Below the pieces are notes generated by a model. The model did no database searches and was not told the DNA's origin. It was given only the letters and a program-made list of their open reading frames with translations. DNA of 64,000 bases from Octopus bimaculoides (Eukaryota): assembly GCF_001194135.2 (NCBI RefSeq), contig NC_068986.1, positions 13,271,609-13,335,608 on the forward strand, read 5' to 3'. Numbering within the stretch: the first letter of the stretch is position 1; the number at the start of each line of letters is the position of its first letter. Of this stretch, positions 1-13,089 are shown piece after piece. The position numbers were made by a program, and so were the translations under genes.

Positions 1-215
1 CTCCAGTTAACTCAGCTGTAGAAATGAGTTGCAACGTCACAGGTGCCAAGCTGTATCGGCCCCTTTGCTTCTCCCTTGGATAACAAGGTGCCATGGAGAG
101 AGGAGGCTGGTATGCATGGGCAGTTGATGGTCTTCCATAAACAACCTTGCCCGGGCTTGTGCCACGGAGGGGAACTTTCTAAGTGCAATCCTATGGTCAT
201 TCACGACCTAAGGTG
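1..215 (+). mobile_element. SINE family D, 3' part (head outside the window)
   Basis: Near-identical to the bodies at 20532-20868 and 30019-30354. Confidence 0.8.
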
Positions 216-380
216 GTCCTTTCTTTCTACTCAAGGTCCAAGTTAGAATTACACTTACAACACATCCAGCTACAGAAACCATGCCAAAGTAGACAGTGGA
301 GCAACAATCCAGTTCTTGGGCCTGTTGGACCCTGTCGAAGAATCCACCCCATTAAACAAAGACGTTAAATGATGATAATG

Positions 381-915
381 AAATTATTGTATACAGTGCT
401 CAGGTGCACTACAACCTGTCAAAAGTGCGTATAAAGCATATGCAGTATTGTACAAATGTCTGGAAAGTGAACAGTGTATAAGTCGGATACATGCTTGTGC
501 GTGTAGGGAGGGGAGAAAATCAGGTGTAGTGTTGGCAAATCTCAGGAAGCATGGAAGATTTGAAGGATGCAGTGCTCCGACAACTAACAACTGATGCTGG
601 CAGATTGTTCCATACTTCAGCAACTCTTAGCGTGAAAAGGTGTTTCCGAAAGTCATGGGAGCTGTGCTGTTTTCTGACTTTGTAAACATGTCCATGAGTG
701 TTAGACAGGTGGAATTTGAAAAGGTGCTCAGAGCTAATGTTAGTAAGATTGTTAATAATTTTATAGGCGTCTGCCAGATGTCGGAGTTTCAATGTATCCA
801 TACCCAGGGGAGTAAGGCATTCAGAATATGGCAAATGCCTGATGGAGGGTTTTCTCTTGGTTGCACGTCACTGAACGGTTTCCAGACAATTAATATCCTG
901 GGCAAGATAGGGCCC
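381..915 (-). mobile_element. 5'-truncated CR1/L2-clade LINE 3' end (degenerate ORF2 C-terminus plus 3' UTR)
   Basis: Minus-strand translation PYLAQDINCLETVQ*RATK...LPYSECL...THGHVYKV...FRKHLFTLRVAEVWNNLP fits the CR1 ORF2 C-terminal motifs (RVQRRAT, TRGH, FFSxRVVxxWNxLP). It has an internal stop. Confidence 0.85.
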
Positions 916-986
916 AACCAACCAACCAACAAATCAATGAACAAAAGCGAATGGAAAAAGAAGAAAGAAAGAAATGTTAACTTTAC

Positions 987-1160
987 CCTTCCTGTCCGCG
1001 TGACCCCCAAGATTCCTTGAGAGATGCTGTTGAGCGTCGAAGTGAAGACAATGTCAATTGATACTCTGGTGACACAAAGACAAGCTGCAGTTTCCATGTC
1101 GCACAGGTAGAGGTAACCATATTTGGTCACCATGTAGAGAAGGCCATATTCTTCACTGAC
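987..1160 (-). CDS. CLTC-like: Clathrin heavy chain-like exon (VSEEYGLLYMVTKYGYLYLCDMET...QGILGVTRTGR)
   Basis: tttgcttcag acceptor, GTAAAG donor; 174 nt, phase 0/0. Matches CHC ITKYGYIHLYDLETG...GIIGVNRKGQ. Confidence 0.93.
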
Positions 1161-1331
1161 CTGAAGCAAACATTTTGTACATTTTTATTAGGTTTCTAAG
1201 CATCATAATGTGTGTGTGAATAAAAATTGAAGTAAAACAGTATGGAAAAAAGGAAAATAGCCAAAACGAAATCTTTCCAAACTGCAGTGCACCTCAGCAC
1301 TGTACACAATAAGCTCATTATTATCATGTAA

Positions 1332-1530
1332 AGGCAGTGTGCTGGCAGAATCCTTAGTATAACGGGCGAAATGCTTAGCGGTCGATGTCAACTTTGCCTT
1401 TCATCCTTTCAGAGTCGAATATCAAGTACCAGTGAAACACTGGAGTTAGTGTAATCAACTAGATCCTTGCCACCAAAATTTCAGGCCTTGTGGCTTTAGT
1501 AGAAAGGATTATTATTATTATTATTATTAT
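1332..1530 (+). mobile_element. SINE family B (GGCGGCGAGCTGGCAGAA head, TTTGCCTTTCATCC core, (TTA)n tail)
   Basis: More than 12 related copies in the window; tRNA-like head and an (ATT)n tail. Confidence 0.75.
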
Positions 1531-1708
1531 TTCTATTTTTGAAGGTCATCAGTGGAGTAGGGACAATGCTGTGGCCTTACTGGATGCTGTCTCTGGTGTG
1601 TAGTAAACTGTGAAGACAAGACAACCATATTACTGAGCAGACAGTCATTAGAAGCCTTTCATTACCATCGAGCAGTGCCAGAAGGTAAGCAAGCCTAGAA
1701 ATACAAAT

Positions 1709-2085
1709 AGGAGTGGCTGTGTGGTAGGTAGCTTGCTTACCAACCACAAGGTTCTGGGTTCAGTCCCACTGCGTGGCACCTTGGACAAATATCTTCTACT
1801 ATAGCCTCGGGCCGACCAAAGCCTTGTGAGTGGATTTGGTAGACGGAAACTGGAAGAAGCCCATCGTATATATGTACATATGTATGTGTGTGCATATGTT
1901 TGTCCCGCCGGCATCGCTTGACAACTGATGCTGGTGTGTTTACATCCCCGTAACATTAGCGGTTCGGCAAAAGAGTCCGATAGAATAAGTACGAGGCTTC
2001 CAAAGAATAAGTCCTGGGGTCGATTTGCTCGACTAAAGGCGGTGCTCCAGCATGGCCACAGGCAAATGACTGAAACAAGTAAAAG
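1709..2085 (+). mobile_element. SINE family A, full length (tRNA-like head, central TA/TG tract, ...GACTGAAACAAGTAAAAG tail)
   Basis: A-box-like TGGTAGGTAG and B-box-like GGGTTCAGTCCC; about 20 related copies or fragments in the window. Confidence 0.85.
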
Positions 2086-3201
2086 TGTACCCTTCACAAT
2101 ACAAATAAGGAAAAATATACGTAACACAATAAAAATAAATATATTAATTAACTCCAAGGTGTTAGGAGAACGTCTCTGGGGTTTTTTTTTGCTTAACTTT
2201 ATTGGTAAGGGGAGATAACTTTTCTAAATACAATTTCCAAAACCAGTTAAAACTCTTTTTTATCCTAACAACTCGGTCTGTGCCGTTGAAACCGCATTGT
2301 AAAGAAGAAAAATACTGTTTTTAAATGTGTAAAAGTTAACATTTTATTATTTATAAATAAGTAAAGAATCTGAATTGCAGAAATATCATAATTATTTGTG
2401 GGGGATGGGAACCTACGCTTCGATTTGACCTTGAACAATTCTTTATGTGAGCCAAAAAGTGAACCTCTACATGGTTATTCAGCTTGCTAGATATAGCAAC
2501 CAAATTTCTCTCAAGTCATAGCCTACAATATTAGAAAACGATGGACATACAGTACCCATGTTCGTGCCACATAAAAAGCACCCCTGTGCTGATGCCATGT
2601 GAAATGCACCTGTGCTGGTGCCACATAAAAAACACCCAGTACACTTTGTAAAGTGGTTGGTATTAGGAAGGGAAGAAACTCTGCCAAATCTAACAAGTGG
2701 AGCCGAGTGTAACTCCCCTGTTTGCCAGCTCCCATCAAGCCATCGAACCCACGCCAATAAGGAAAATGGGCATTAAATAATGATGATGATGTTCGTGATA
2801 ATAAGCTATGGAAACTAGGTAGTTAGCCTTATTAGTCCTAAGACTGAAGAAAAACAACTACACACACACACAATAATGTACATATTCATTCTAAATAAGT
2901 CCTGGAAGGTCTGTATGTGGATAGACTAATCCGTGTTGTAGTTTGTTTACAGAGAACAATTTCTCCTTTCAGACAATATAGACTTAGATTACACTCGATC
3001 CACTGAAGTAAGGGATCGTTGAGAGACAAAGCTACCCCAGGGTTCTTGGGTTCTTGTTTATGGAGATCAGCAAATAAATTATTCGCTTGTGTCAGCCCGT
3101 TCAATAAGATATTGTTACGTGCACAGAGAGAACGAAAATCAAAACAAGATACTTTTGCGAACCTTTTGTGATTAATAAAGAAAATGTTATTATTATTATT
3201 A

Positions 3202-3420
3202 TAAGGCCCCAAGCTGACAGAAACGCTAGCACACTGGGTGAAATGCTTAGCGGTATTTCGTCTGTCTTTATGTTCTGTGTTCAAATTCCGCCGAGGTCGA
3301 CTTTGCCTTTCATCCTTTCGGGGTCGATAAATTAAGTATCAGTTGCGTACTGGGTTCGATCTAATCGACTAGCCCGCCCCCTTTCAGGTTTTGTACGTAG
3401 AGTAGGAAAGATTATTATTA
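3202..3420 (+). mobile_element. SINE family B
   Basis: Family B core, flanked on both sides by (TTA)n. Confidence 0.8.
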
Positions 3421-3436
3421 TTATTATATTTACTAT

Positions 3437-3472
<36 letters not shown>

Positions 3473-4588
3473 CATTGGTAAGCTGGCAGAATCATTAGCA
3501 CATAGGGCAAAGTGACCTTGCTCCTGTCGCTTTATGCTCAGAGTTCAAATTCTGCCAAAGTCGACTTTTCCTTTCATTTTTTTTTTTTTGGTGGGTGGGG
3601 GGCAATAAAATAGGTACTACTTGTGCGATCAACCTCCTCCTCAAAGAGTATATAATTTCTTCCCGCTCTTTTACATAGAAAGTCGTATTTATTATTTTTA
3701 GTGCTTCCCTCGTCTAAGGGAGACAACTCTTTTAAGACTATTTCTTAACGCTTCAAAATTTGGCCGTTTTCCTTTTACATAAGTTTTTTAGACTTTAAGC
3801 CAATCCAATCTGGTAGCGACTTTAAAACTAAGCAGACTAAAAGAAGTTTAGCGATCGGCAATCTATAATTGAAATAAAAAGACTTAAGTAGGTCTTGGTT
3901 CGGTTTACATTGGGATTAGTAACTCATTTACTCTATCATTAACTAATACAGCCTTCACGCTATATCTTTTACTATCAATGGTTATCACACCAATAAGTTA
4001 TTCCCACTGTAAGCTCTTGATTTGTGTTGGGAAGCCTGTCATTTGGAAGTGAAACGCTATATTCTTGGGAAATATTCACTCTATCTAGGCATTGGTTTAA
4101 CACTCCCTATTTTCATGGTCAAATGAGTTGGGTGAATGTTATTGTTTGTTCCTTCTTGAGCCATGCCTGGCTCATAAGGGCCGGTGCCCCGGTTTCGTTG
4201 GCGTATAGGTTTCCCACCTGGACGGGATGACGGTCCATCACAGGTGAGTGGCTAGATGCAGGAGGAAATAGCAAGGGAAAGTTGTGGCAAAAGAATCAGC
4301 AGATGTTTGCCATTACCTTCTGCCGGAGTCGCGTGCAGCTTAGGTGTTTCGCTCATAAACACACACATCACTCGGTCTGAGATTTGAACCCACAATCCAT
4401 CAATCATGAGTCCACTGCTCTAACGACTAGGCCATGTGCCTCCACACAACACATTAGCCTTTAACAAGATTTGAACTCATGACTATATATGGTCACTAGT
4501 GTATAGTGACTTGAATTAACAGATACTGTTTCATTAATAAAAAAATAACGAGCTGCTGGCATAAAAGTGAACAGAAATAAATAACTGG

Positions 4589-4660
4589 TCCTCAGTAGTA
4601 TAGTGGTAAATATTCTTGCCTGTCATGTGAGAGATTAGGGTTAGATTCCCTGCTAGGGAG
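4589..4660 (+). pseudogene. tRNA-Asp(GTC)-derived pseudogene or SINE head
   Basis: 72 nt, TCCTC..TAGTATAGTGGT..TAT...GCCTGTCA...GGGTTAGATTCCC...GGGAG. Colinear with metazoan tRNA-Asp, anticodon GTC at 4622-4624. CpG-type decay and a damaged B box; followed by a family-A-like tail. Confidence 0.75.
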
Positions 4661-4734
4661 GCAATGTTCATTGTCAGATAGCAGTGCCCCAGCATGGCCA
4701 CAGCATTTGGGCTGGAATACAAAAAGGAATAAAT

Positions 4735-4952
4735 AATCCTTTCTATTATAGGCACAAAGTCTGAGATTTTGGGGGAGGGAGCCAATTGATTAGATCGACC
4801 TCAGTACACAACTGGGACTTAATTTATTAGCCTCGAAAGGATGAAAGGCAAAGTTGACCTCAGCGGAATTTGAACTCAGAATGTACAGACGAACTAAATG
4901 TTACTAAGCATTTTGTCCGCCATGCTAACGATTCAGCCAGCTTGCTGCCTTG
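4735..4952 (-). mobile_element. SINE family B
   Basis: Reverse complement of the family B core (GGATGAAAGGCAAAG). Confidence 0.8.
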
Positions 4953-5009
4953 ACAAAAAGGAAAAGAAAAAAAAAAGTGGAATAAATAAATGTAAGACCA
5001 TTTGCATAC

Positions 5010-5126
5010 CTGTATGGAGATAGGGAAGTCGTAACGTTCTGTATCATCTGTAAACTGAATTTCTGTGTAACTGTTCCGAGGAGCAAAATTGCCATGTTTG
5101 TAAGGTCCCAGCTCTATTATGTGGAT
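5010..5126 (-). CDS. CLTC-like: Clathrin heavy chain-like exon (IHIIELGPYKHGNFAPRNSYTEIQFTDDTERYDFPISIQ)
   Basis: ttcttctccag acceptor, GTATGC donor; 117 nt, phase 0/0. Matches CHC LHIIEVG...NDFPVAMQ. Confidence 0.92.
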
Positions 5127-5384
5127 CTGGAGAAGAAGAAATACAAAGGAAAAGAGAAAAAAAAAAAAAAGAATCAAATATAAGAAATTACAAAGAAATA
5201 AAATGAGTGAAAAAAAAAACAAAAACATGAGCATGGCTGAGTGGTTAAAGAGCTTGCTTTGTAACCACATGGTTTCAGGTTCAGTCCCATTGTGCAGCAT
5301 TTTGAGTAAGCATCTTCTACTATAGCCCTAGGGCCAACCAATGCCTTATGAGTGAACTATGAGGAAGCTTTAGGGCTTGTAATT

Positions 5385-6130
5385 CATTCTGCCCTGCCAA
5401 GTATTTCCCCACACCCTCTGCCCCTAATTTTGTTGTAAACAACCAGTTAGCTCCATCCTGGCCAAAACCTTCTCATTACCCCCTCACTTCTCTTCTCACA
5501 GATCATCTCCTCCTTTGCCTTCAGACAGTTCTTTCCTCTGCCATACCCCCATCTTATCACCTCACCTCATATACCTGCAATCATTCTCAACACCTCCCCA
5601 TATCCACCACCATGACCCACTCACTGCAGACACCCTTATCTACCCTCCTCACTGTCACATCTCCCTCTCCACTGCTTCTACACCTTGCACATCATCCCCA
5701 CTAACTTCTGATCTACCCCCATCTCCCTGAACTCACTTCTTTCTTTCTCACCTTACCCCTTCTTCATCCAGATATTTCCCTTCCCTGATCCACTGACCAT
5801 AACCCCTTTTTTGGCGCCCCCCCCACCACTACTTCCATCTTCTCCCCAGCTATCACTGTCCATCCTTATATAACGTGGGGTAGCCACATATCCCCTCCGT
5901 AGTAAGGTACCTGTGCTTGCTACTCTATCATACCTTAGCTTCTCAGCATCTGGCGTAAAGCCCCTCCCTAACCCTAAAACTACTCTCCCACCACCGCCCA
6001 GGCATCCGGCCATAGAAAACATGCTGGGGTTGACACTGGGGCTCAGCACAGCACTGTGACTCACCTGATCCTGTCAAACCAGCCAACCCATGCCAGCATC
6101 AAAAACAGATGTTAAATGATGATGAGGATG
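5385..6130 (+). mobile_element. Pyrimidine-rich retroposon 3' region ending in the family C (GAT)n tail
   Basis: Shares segments with 37880-38090 and 53690-54130; ends in AACCCATGCCAGCAT...GTTAAATGATGATG. Confidence 0.5.
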
Positions 6131-7884
6131 GTGATGATGTGTTTGAGAATTGGTGTTGGTTTGTTCATATCCCTGTAACCTAGCAATTCAAGGAAAGAGA
6201 CTTAAAAGATAAGTACAGGGTCAATTTGTTCAACTAAACCCTTCGAGGAGGTGCCCCAGCATGGCCACAGCCCATTGGCGGAAACGAGTAAAAAAGAAAT
6301 TTTTAAACGATATACAGAGATAAAAATATTACATTTTTAATTAAAATGTAATTTTAATTTAGCACAATTTTCTCAAAGCAATGTAGTTTTAAATGATTAG
6401 CATTTCTAGAAATACTAGAGTCAAAATTAGTTAAATAATGCTTAGGTTGATCATTATAACTCGGTAATTAACTCTCATTATCTTAACCTTTGGTGTGGAT
6501 TAAGTAGGAACAATTTGAGATGTTTAATTAGCAAAACTGTCAGTTTAAAGTGGGAAATTAGTTGAAAACATTTAAAGTTAGAACATTGCAAATGTTGTTC
6601 TTAATTTTGGTATTTTCTTTTCTGTCCTTTAATTTTTTGCTCTTTGAAACTTTGAGCTGATTTATGCTGTAGTTCTTGGTATTCACCATTTTTTTCTAAG
6701 AGGAACGATAGACACAGCAGAGGTTGTCTAACAAGTACTTGAACATGTGTTGCTAGAACTAGTTTCATTTCTAATAGACATAGTATGACAAGAATTTAAA
6801 CAAAATGTAGCTGCCATAGATAAATACATTTCATTATAATTAATTAACTGATTAATTAATTATCGTTATTATTATTATTATTATTGTTATTGTTTTAAAT
6901 TTTGGCACAAAGCTTGCAAGTTTGGGGAAGGGGTTATGTTCATTACATTGACCCCAATGCCTGACTGTGGAGGTATTTAGCTTACTGGTTAAGGTGTTGG
7001 ACTCATGATCGTAAGATTGTGGTTTCAATTCCTGGACCGGGCGACACATTGTGTCATTGAGCAAGACACTTTATTTCTGGTTGCTCCAGTCCGTTCAGCT
7101 GGCAAAATGGACTAATCCTGCGACGGGTCGGTGTCCCGTCCATGTGAGGAATATATACACCATGGAAACTGGCTCTCATGAGCCTAGCGTAGCTTGAAAA
7201 GGAAACATTTCTGCTTCCCCAATGCGTGACTGGTACTCATTTTATGTCCCCATAACTTTGCAGTTTGGTGAAAGAGACTGACATAATAAATACCAGGCTT
7301 AAGAACAGAAATAAATACTGGCATCAATTTGTTCAGCTAAAACAGCTCCTCAAGGCAGTGCCCCAGTATGGCCGTAGTCTAATGACTGAAACATGTAAAA
7401 GATAAAAGACGGTTTATTCACGATTTGGTCAGCTGTCTGATTTGGTGATCAATCACTGCAGTTCTTAAGTGGTTTGTGTATATTGAAGTATGTCTATAAG
7501 TATATTTAGAGTACCCACCAAACAGCATGAGAGAATGGCATCTGGTTAAATGATTGATGGAAGGAACTCAAATATTTCCTGTTTGTCTTGTTGACTTTGC
7601 CTGTAAACAATTGCGTAAATGTGTGTGCAACATGATAGATATACGACAAAACCATATTTATAAATGACATTATCTGATGCGATATTTTGAGGTAAATATA
7701 TATCATCATCATCGTTTAACGTCCATTTTCCATGCTGGCATGGGTTGGATGGTTTGACTGGGGTCTGGCAAGCCAGGAGGCCGCACCAGGCTCCAGTCCA
7801 ATATGGCACCATTAAATGTGTTTAATATTCTGTGCAAATCGACTTGCTTGTCATTACATTTACTCCTATATATAGACATAGTGT

Positions 7885-8095
7885 CACCTTACTGGCATAT
7901 GTGCTGGTGGCACATAAAAAACACCCACTACACTCTCGGAGTGGTTGGTGTTAGGAAGGGCATCCAGCTGTAGAAACTTTACCAGATCAGATTGGAGCCT
8001 AGTGCAGCCTTCTGGCTCACCAGTCCTCAGTCAAACCGTGCAACCCATGCCAGCATGGAAATCGGACAGTAAACGATGATGATGATGATGATGAT
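7885..8095 (+). mobile_element. Family C retroposon tail (GTTAGGAAGGGCATCCAGCTGTAGAAAC...(GAT)n)
   Basis: Multi-copy in the window; (GAT)n terminus resembling RTE-type 3' ends (clade assignment is inference). Confidence 0.75.
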
Positions 8096-8299
8096 ATATA
8101 AATTCCTTTTCTGTAAAGCATAGCTGGAAAAAAAATCAATCAATATAAGCCCCCCCCTCCCAAAACACACACACACCCTACACACCACATCCTCAAGTCT
8201 AGACAGCTCAGGAAACAGCTACGATAATATTTATGTTAAATAAAACAAAAACTATACTTCTGACAGAGTTAATATGTTTGAATATTTCTTCCTTTATTA

Positions 8300-8333
<34 letters not shown>

Positions 8334-8984
8334 CATGTTATGAAATCTTCCTCTTATACTTAACATTTGTGGCATATTTGTCCCTTAGTTTGTATTAAAT
8401 ACTGTTTGACAGTTCACGTGTAGGCCAAAAGTCACCACACACACAAGTATTGCAAACCTAATCCTGGAGTATCTGATAATGACTTAAATCTGAGACTGAA
8501 ATATTACAGACTTGAATACAAAAGAATTATTTCTGTGTTGACATTTTCATTGATTCTATTTTCAGTTCCCGGCTATTGACCGTTACGTATCAGACGACGG
8601 GGCAAGTTGGCAAGAGTTATTACTGTGCCACACAAAATACCCAGCAGTATTTCTTCTGGTTCTTTATGCTCTGGGTTCAAACGCCACCAAGGGTGACTGA
8701 CTTTGCCTTTCATCCATTGGTGCAGGGTGAATAAAATATGTGCCAGTAGAGCCCTGAGTGGGTGGGGGGTTTATGTAATCAACTTCTTGTGTCTAAATTA
8801 GAAAAAAGTTATTAAGTATAAAATAGCAGGTTATGGTGGAGTTTGCTTCCCAATCACATGGCTCTGGGTTCAGTTCCACTGTGTGACATCTTGGGCAGGA
8901 GTCTTCTAGTACGGTCCCAAGTTGACCAATGTCTTCTGAATGAATGTGGGAGACAGTTAAATGGAAGAAACCAGCCATATAGAT

Positions 8985-9018
<34 letters not shown>

Positions 9019-9185
9019 CAAACTTGTGAACCGATCACACACACACACACTTGTTACTTGGTTTCCTTCTTTTTCTTTTTCTCTCTTTTCTTCCTTTTAT
9101 TTCTTTCTTCCCAGTTTCTTCTGGCCGTGAAATGATGATGATGATGATGATGATGATTAAATTAAATGCTTTCTTGTCTACTTAC

Positions 9186-9350
9186 TTTACCCTTGTCTTG
9201 TGTATCCCTGGAAGCCACACAAAACACTGTCGATGGCAAAGGGTTATCATCAAACCTGTAGTGTGTGAAGCACACGGCATGCGAGTTGATGCATTGTGTG
9301 ATGTCTTCATCCACATTATACAACTGTGTCACTCCAGAGATGCGGTCCTC
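9186..9350 (-). CDS. CLTC-like: Clathrin heavy chain-like exon (EDRISGVTQLYNVDEDITQCINSHA...STVFCVASRDTQDKGK)
   Basis: ttttggcag acceptor, GTAAGT donor; 165 nt, phase 0/0. Matches CHC [24 protein letters not shown] and STLFCFAVR. Confidence 0.93.
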
Positions 9351-9464
9351 CTGCCAAAAGCAACAGACAAGCATTTTAAAAAACAAAAGGTCACTAAACC
9401 AAATGTGGAATCAAACAAAAACAAAAAGAAAAAAAGACGAAGAAAAAAGAAAAAAATTATTCTA

Positions 9465-9840
9465 TGGTTGTGAGGTTAAGAAGTTTGCTTTCCAGCCACA
9501 CAGTTCTGGGTTCAGTCCCACTGCATGGCACCTCGGGCAAGTGTCTTCTACTATAGTCCCAGGTTAACCAATGCCATGTGAGTGAAATTGGTAAAAAGAA
9601 ACTGTGTGGAAGCCTGTTGTAGACAAATATGTGTATGTGTGTGTTTGGTTTTCTCCCCAACCACCACCACTTCCCAATGGTGTTGGTTTGTTTATGGCCT
9701 TGTAACTTAGTGGTCCAACAAAAGGGACTACCAGACTTAGAAGAATAGTACTGGGGTCAAACTGTTCAGCTAAAACCTTTCAAGGTGGTGCTCCAGCATG
9801 GTTGCAGTCCAATGACTGACACAAGTAAAAGGTAAAATGG
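9465..9840 (+). mobile_element. SINE family A, diverged full length
   Basis: Head, core and tail colinear with 1709-2085. Confidence 0.75.
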
Positions 9841-10052
9841 TAAACAATATTTCCAACCTCCTGTAAATGAGATTTTCAGAGAAGACATTTTAAACAATTA
9901 AGTGTGTCTAATTATTTTGTTTACCTTCAACAATAATTAAACTAATGTGATGTCACTGTGAACCTTGTGTATTAACCCCTTGTAAAAGAATGCCAAAAGT
10001 CACAAAGGGGTTTCAATTTTGGCACTTTGTGTGCCATCCTTATATTTTGTCC

Positions 10053-10280
10053 AGCGGCGAGCTGGCAGAATCATTAGCACGCTGGGCAAAATGCTTAGCT
10101 GTATTTCGTCTGCCGTTACATTCTGAGTTCAAACTCTGCCGAAGTTGACTTTGCCTTTCATCTCTTCGGGGTCGATTAAATAAATACCAGCTACGCACTG
10201 GGATCGATGTAATCGACTTAAACCCTTTGTCTGTCCTTGTTTGTCCCCTCTATGTTTAGCTCCCTGTGGGCAATAAAAAA
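10053..10280 (+). mobile_element. SINE family B, long-tail form
   Basis: Colinear with 37111-37343. Confidence 0.8.
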
Positions 10281-10348
10281 AATATATATTTTGTTCCAGC
10301 CTGGCAGCTGAAGTGTGCAATCTGTACAATAGTATTTACTGATCGTTT

Positions 10349-10550
10349 TTAACCCTTTCGTTACCAACCCGGCTGAAACCGGTTCTGGCTTTGTAGTACA
10401 AATGTCTTGTTTTCATAAGTTTTGAATTAAAATCTTCCACCAAACCATAGTCACAATTTATGCTCCTAACACCAGCTTAATGATAACTAAGTTATTTTAC
10501 TAAATTGTTTGTTATATTTAAAATTAANNNNNNNNNNAGAAAAGGGTTAA
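10349..10550. mobile_element. piggyBac-type MITE (TTAA|CCCTTT...AAAGGG|TTAA)
   Basis: TTAA flanks with CCCTTT/AAAGGG termini; body shared with 10574-10804 and 15053-15235; contains a small gap. Confidence 0.7.
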
Positions 10551-10573
10551 AATATATAATAGAGAAACGATTC

Positions 10574-10804
10574 TTAACCCTTTTGATATCAACCCGGCTG
10601 AAACTACCTCTGGCTCTGTAGTACAAATGTCTTGTTTTCATAAGTTTTGAATTAAAATCTTCCACCAAACCATAGTCACAATTTATGCTCCTAACACCAA
10701 CTTAATGATAACTAAGTTATTTTACTAAATTGTTTGTTATATTTAAAATTAATTGAAAGAAATACAGAGCATCTCAAAAATAAATACAGTAACGAAAGAG
10801 CTAA
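10574..10804. mobile_element. piggyBac-type MITE, second adjacent copy
   Basis: TTAACCCTTT start, degenerate AAAGAGCTAA end; near-identical body to 10349-10550. Confidence 0.65.
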
Positions 10805-10845
10805 GGAAGCTAAGAGTTCCAGTCAGTTGTCCTGCTTGGTATCTG

Positions 10846-10897
<52 letters not shown>

Positions 10898-11812
10898 AGG
10901 TTTATGCCCTGTTACAGTGTGTCACTGCATCCACCATTTGTTGGTGATTCCCTGGGCTTGGTGGATGACACCCTTGTACACCTCAGGCGATAACTCTCCA
11001 ACCCATGGGTCTGTTTTGGGTAGTCATTTCTGGTGAGGGTTTTACGACCCCAGTGCACAACTGGTACTTATTTTATCAACCTGTAAAGGATGGAAGGTAA
11101 TGTCGACCCCGGTGGAATTTGAACTCAGAACATAAAATCAGAAGAGATTCCTCTCGGCATTTTGTCCAGCACAATAAGGATTCTACCAGGTCCATTGCCA
11201 TGGAGAGTTATCATCATCATGATTTAACTCTGTTGTCCATGCTGGCATGGGTTGGACGGTTTAACTGGTGCTGGTAAGTTGGAAGGCTGCACCAGACTCC
11301 AGTCTGATTTGGCATGGTTTTCAATGGCTCGATGCCTTTGCTAAGTGTAATGGGTGCTCTTGTGTGCCATTTGCATGATACCAGGGTGAATTTACATGCC
11401 TCTGGCATGGGTGCCAATTTATGTGACACCAGTATCTGCCACAGCTACGATATAATACTGAAAGTGTTGACAAAGCTACAAAATCTCGAAACATTGAGCC
11501 AATAAAGGAGTCCTGTAGGTGGTTGGTCAACCTTTTAGAAATGACAGCCAAATATCCCTCAAATAGCATCCTTGAAGTTTAAAAAATGGAAGGTCATATG
11601 GCATTTTAGTTTAGTGTGGATTAGTCTAACCCTTAAACCTTCCTTCAAAAACTTTCATTTTATTTTTGCTCTTTTTAAAGGATTTTCAGCTTTCCGTTTT
11701 AAAGCAGCTGATATTCAGCATTTGCAACAAAAACAAAAAAATTCTAATTAAAAAAGCACTTTTTCTAATCAGAAACTGATTAGGGTTAATGAATGTATCA
11801 ACAGCTGCAGTA

Positions 11813-11846
<34 letters not shown>

Positions 11847-13009
11847 GTTGTTTTTTTTCCCTTCTTTCTTCAAATTTTCTTCCATTTCTCGCCGAGTGTT
11901 TTCCGTACACCGAGGGCAGAGAAGCTCGTTGTATGCATTCCCAGTTTACACACACAAATTCACAGATAAAATATGTGTTTAAAAAAAAACTAATTAAATA
12001 AATAAATTCATGAATGGATGTTGTTTTCACAGCGATAATTCTCTTCTCAGTACATGAGTCATTCCAGTTAACACGATTTTTTGCACTTCCTGTAGAGATG
12101 GTAAGCCTGGTATCATTTTCAAATAGGTTTCAGTACCTTTTTTTTATCATTCCTAGAGATCCTACAATTACTGGTACGGTAGTCGCCTTGAGATGCCGAA
12201 ACTGACCAATCAGTCTAGGAATATCTCAACCACAGATTTTCCGATGATTATGGTCCCTATCAGCATGTATGTATGCAATTGTGTGCTTTGACTGCAGCAT
12301 TAGAGCATTTAGCTCTTATTTCTAGCAATGTAGGTGTTTGAAACACCCTCAGTCTCATTTAATAACAGTTATAGTTCTCCTTGTTGGTACGCATTTGCTT
12401 ATTGCTGTCTAAATAAATCATATATATATATATATATAACGCACACACATATACAGGGTGTGTCAGATATTTGTGAAGAAACTTTAGTAGGCCTCAAATA
12501 GAAGATAACATCAGTAATATTTATTGCTGGTAGGACACCATATTTTAGTAAAGTTTTATTTGCTAACAGAATGTGGCAGTCCTACACAGGATGATGTTAC
12601 TACTGTTTTGCCCAAGGAAAACATCTTTTCCAGCTGGCTACCGACACACAGTTTGTGACTGTATAGCACGAGCAAGAGAGTTTATCATTCCTATCTCTAG
12701 CTTTCGTGATACTCACAGGTGCAGGTTTCTGGGTGTGAGATAATTACAGGCCAGTGATAAGGGCTTATTCACTTTGCTCGTATTATAGACATTTTAAAGC
12801 CACACACAGTTACTGATCTCTATTTTGTTATGCAATCATAAAAGAGGTGCAGGAGTGGCTGTGTGTGATAAGTAGCTTGTTTACCAACCACATGGTTCCA
12901 GGTTCAGTCTCACTGCGTGGCACCTTGGGCAAGCGTCTTCTACTATAGCCTCAGGCTGACCAAATCTTTGTGAGTGGATTTGGTAGATGGAAACTGAAAG
13001 AAGCCTGTC

Positions 13010-13045
<36 letters not shown>

Positions 13046-13054
13046 ATGTGTGTT

Positions 13055-13087
<33 letters not shown>

Positions 13088-13089
<2 letters not shown>

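Noticed and set aside
2886-3284. 132-aa minus-strand ORF in relatively unique sequence
   Set aside because: It starts inside a family B SINE, has no recognisable domain, and no exon is missing from the clathrin-like gene here.
5753-6064. Gly-rich 103-aa ORF
   Set aside because: It is the antisense reading of a C-rich retroposon segment with relatives elsewhere in the window.
12149-12250. GAAA-CTGA-CCAA-TCAG-TC, resembling hammerhead stem III with GUC
   Set aside because: No correctly placed CUGANGA core or stem II; at best a heavily decayed motif.
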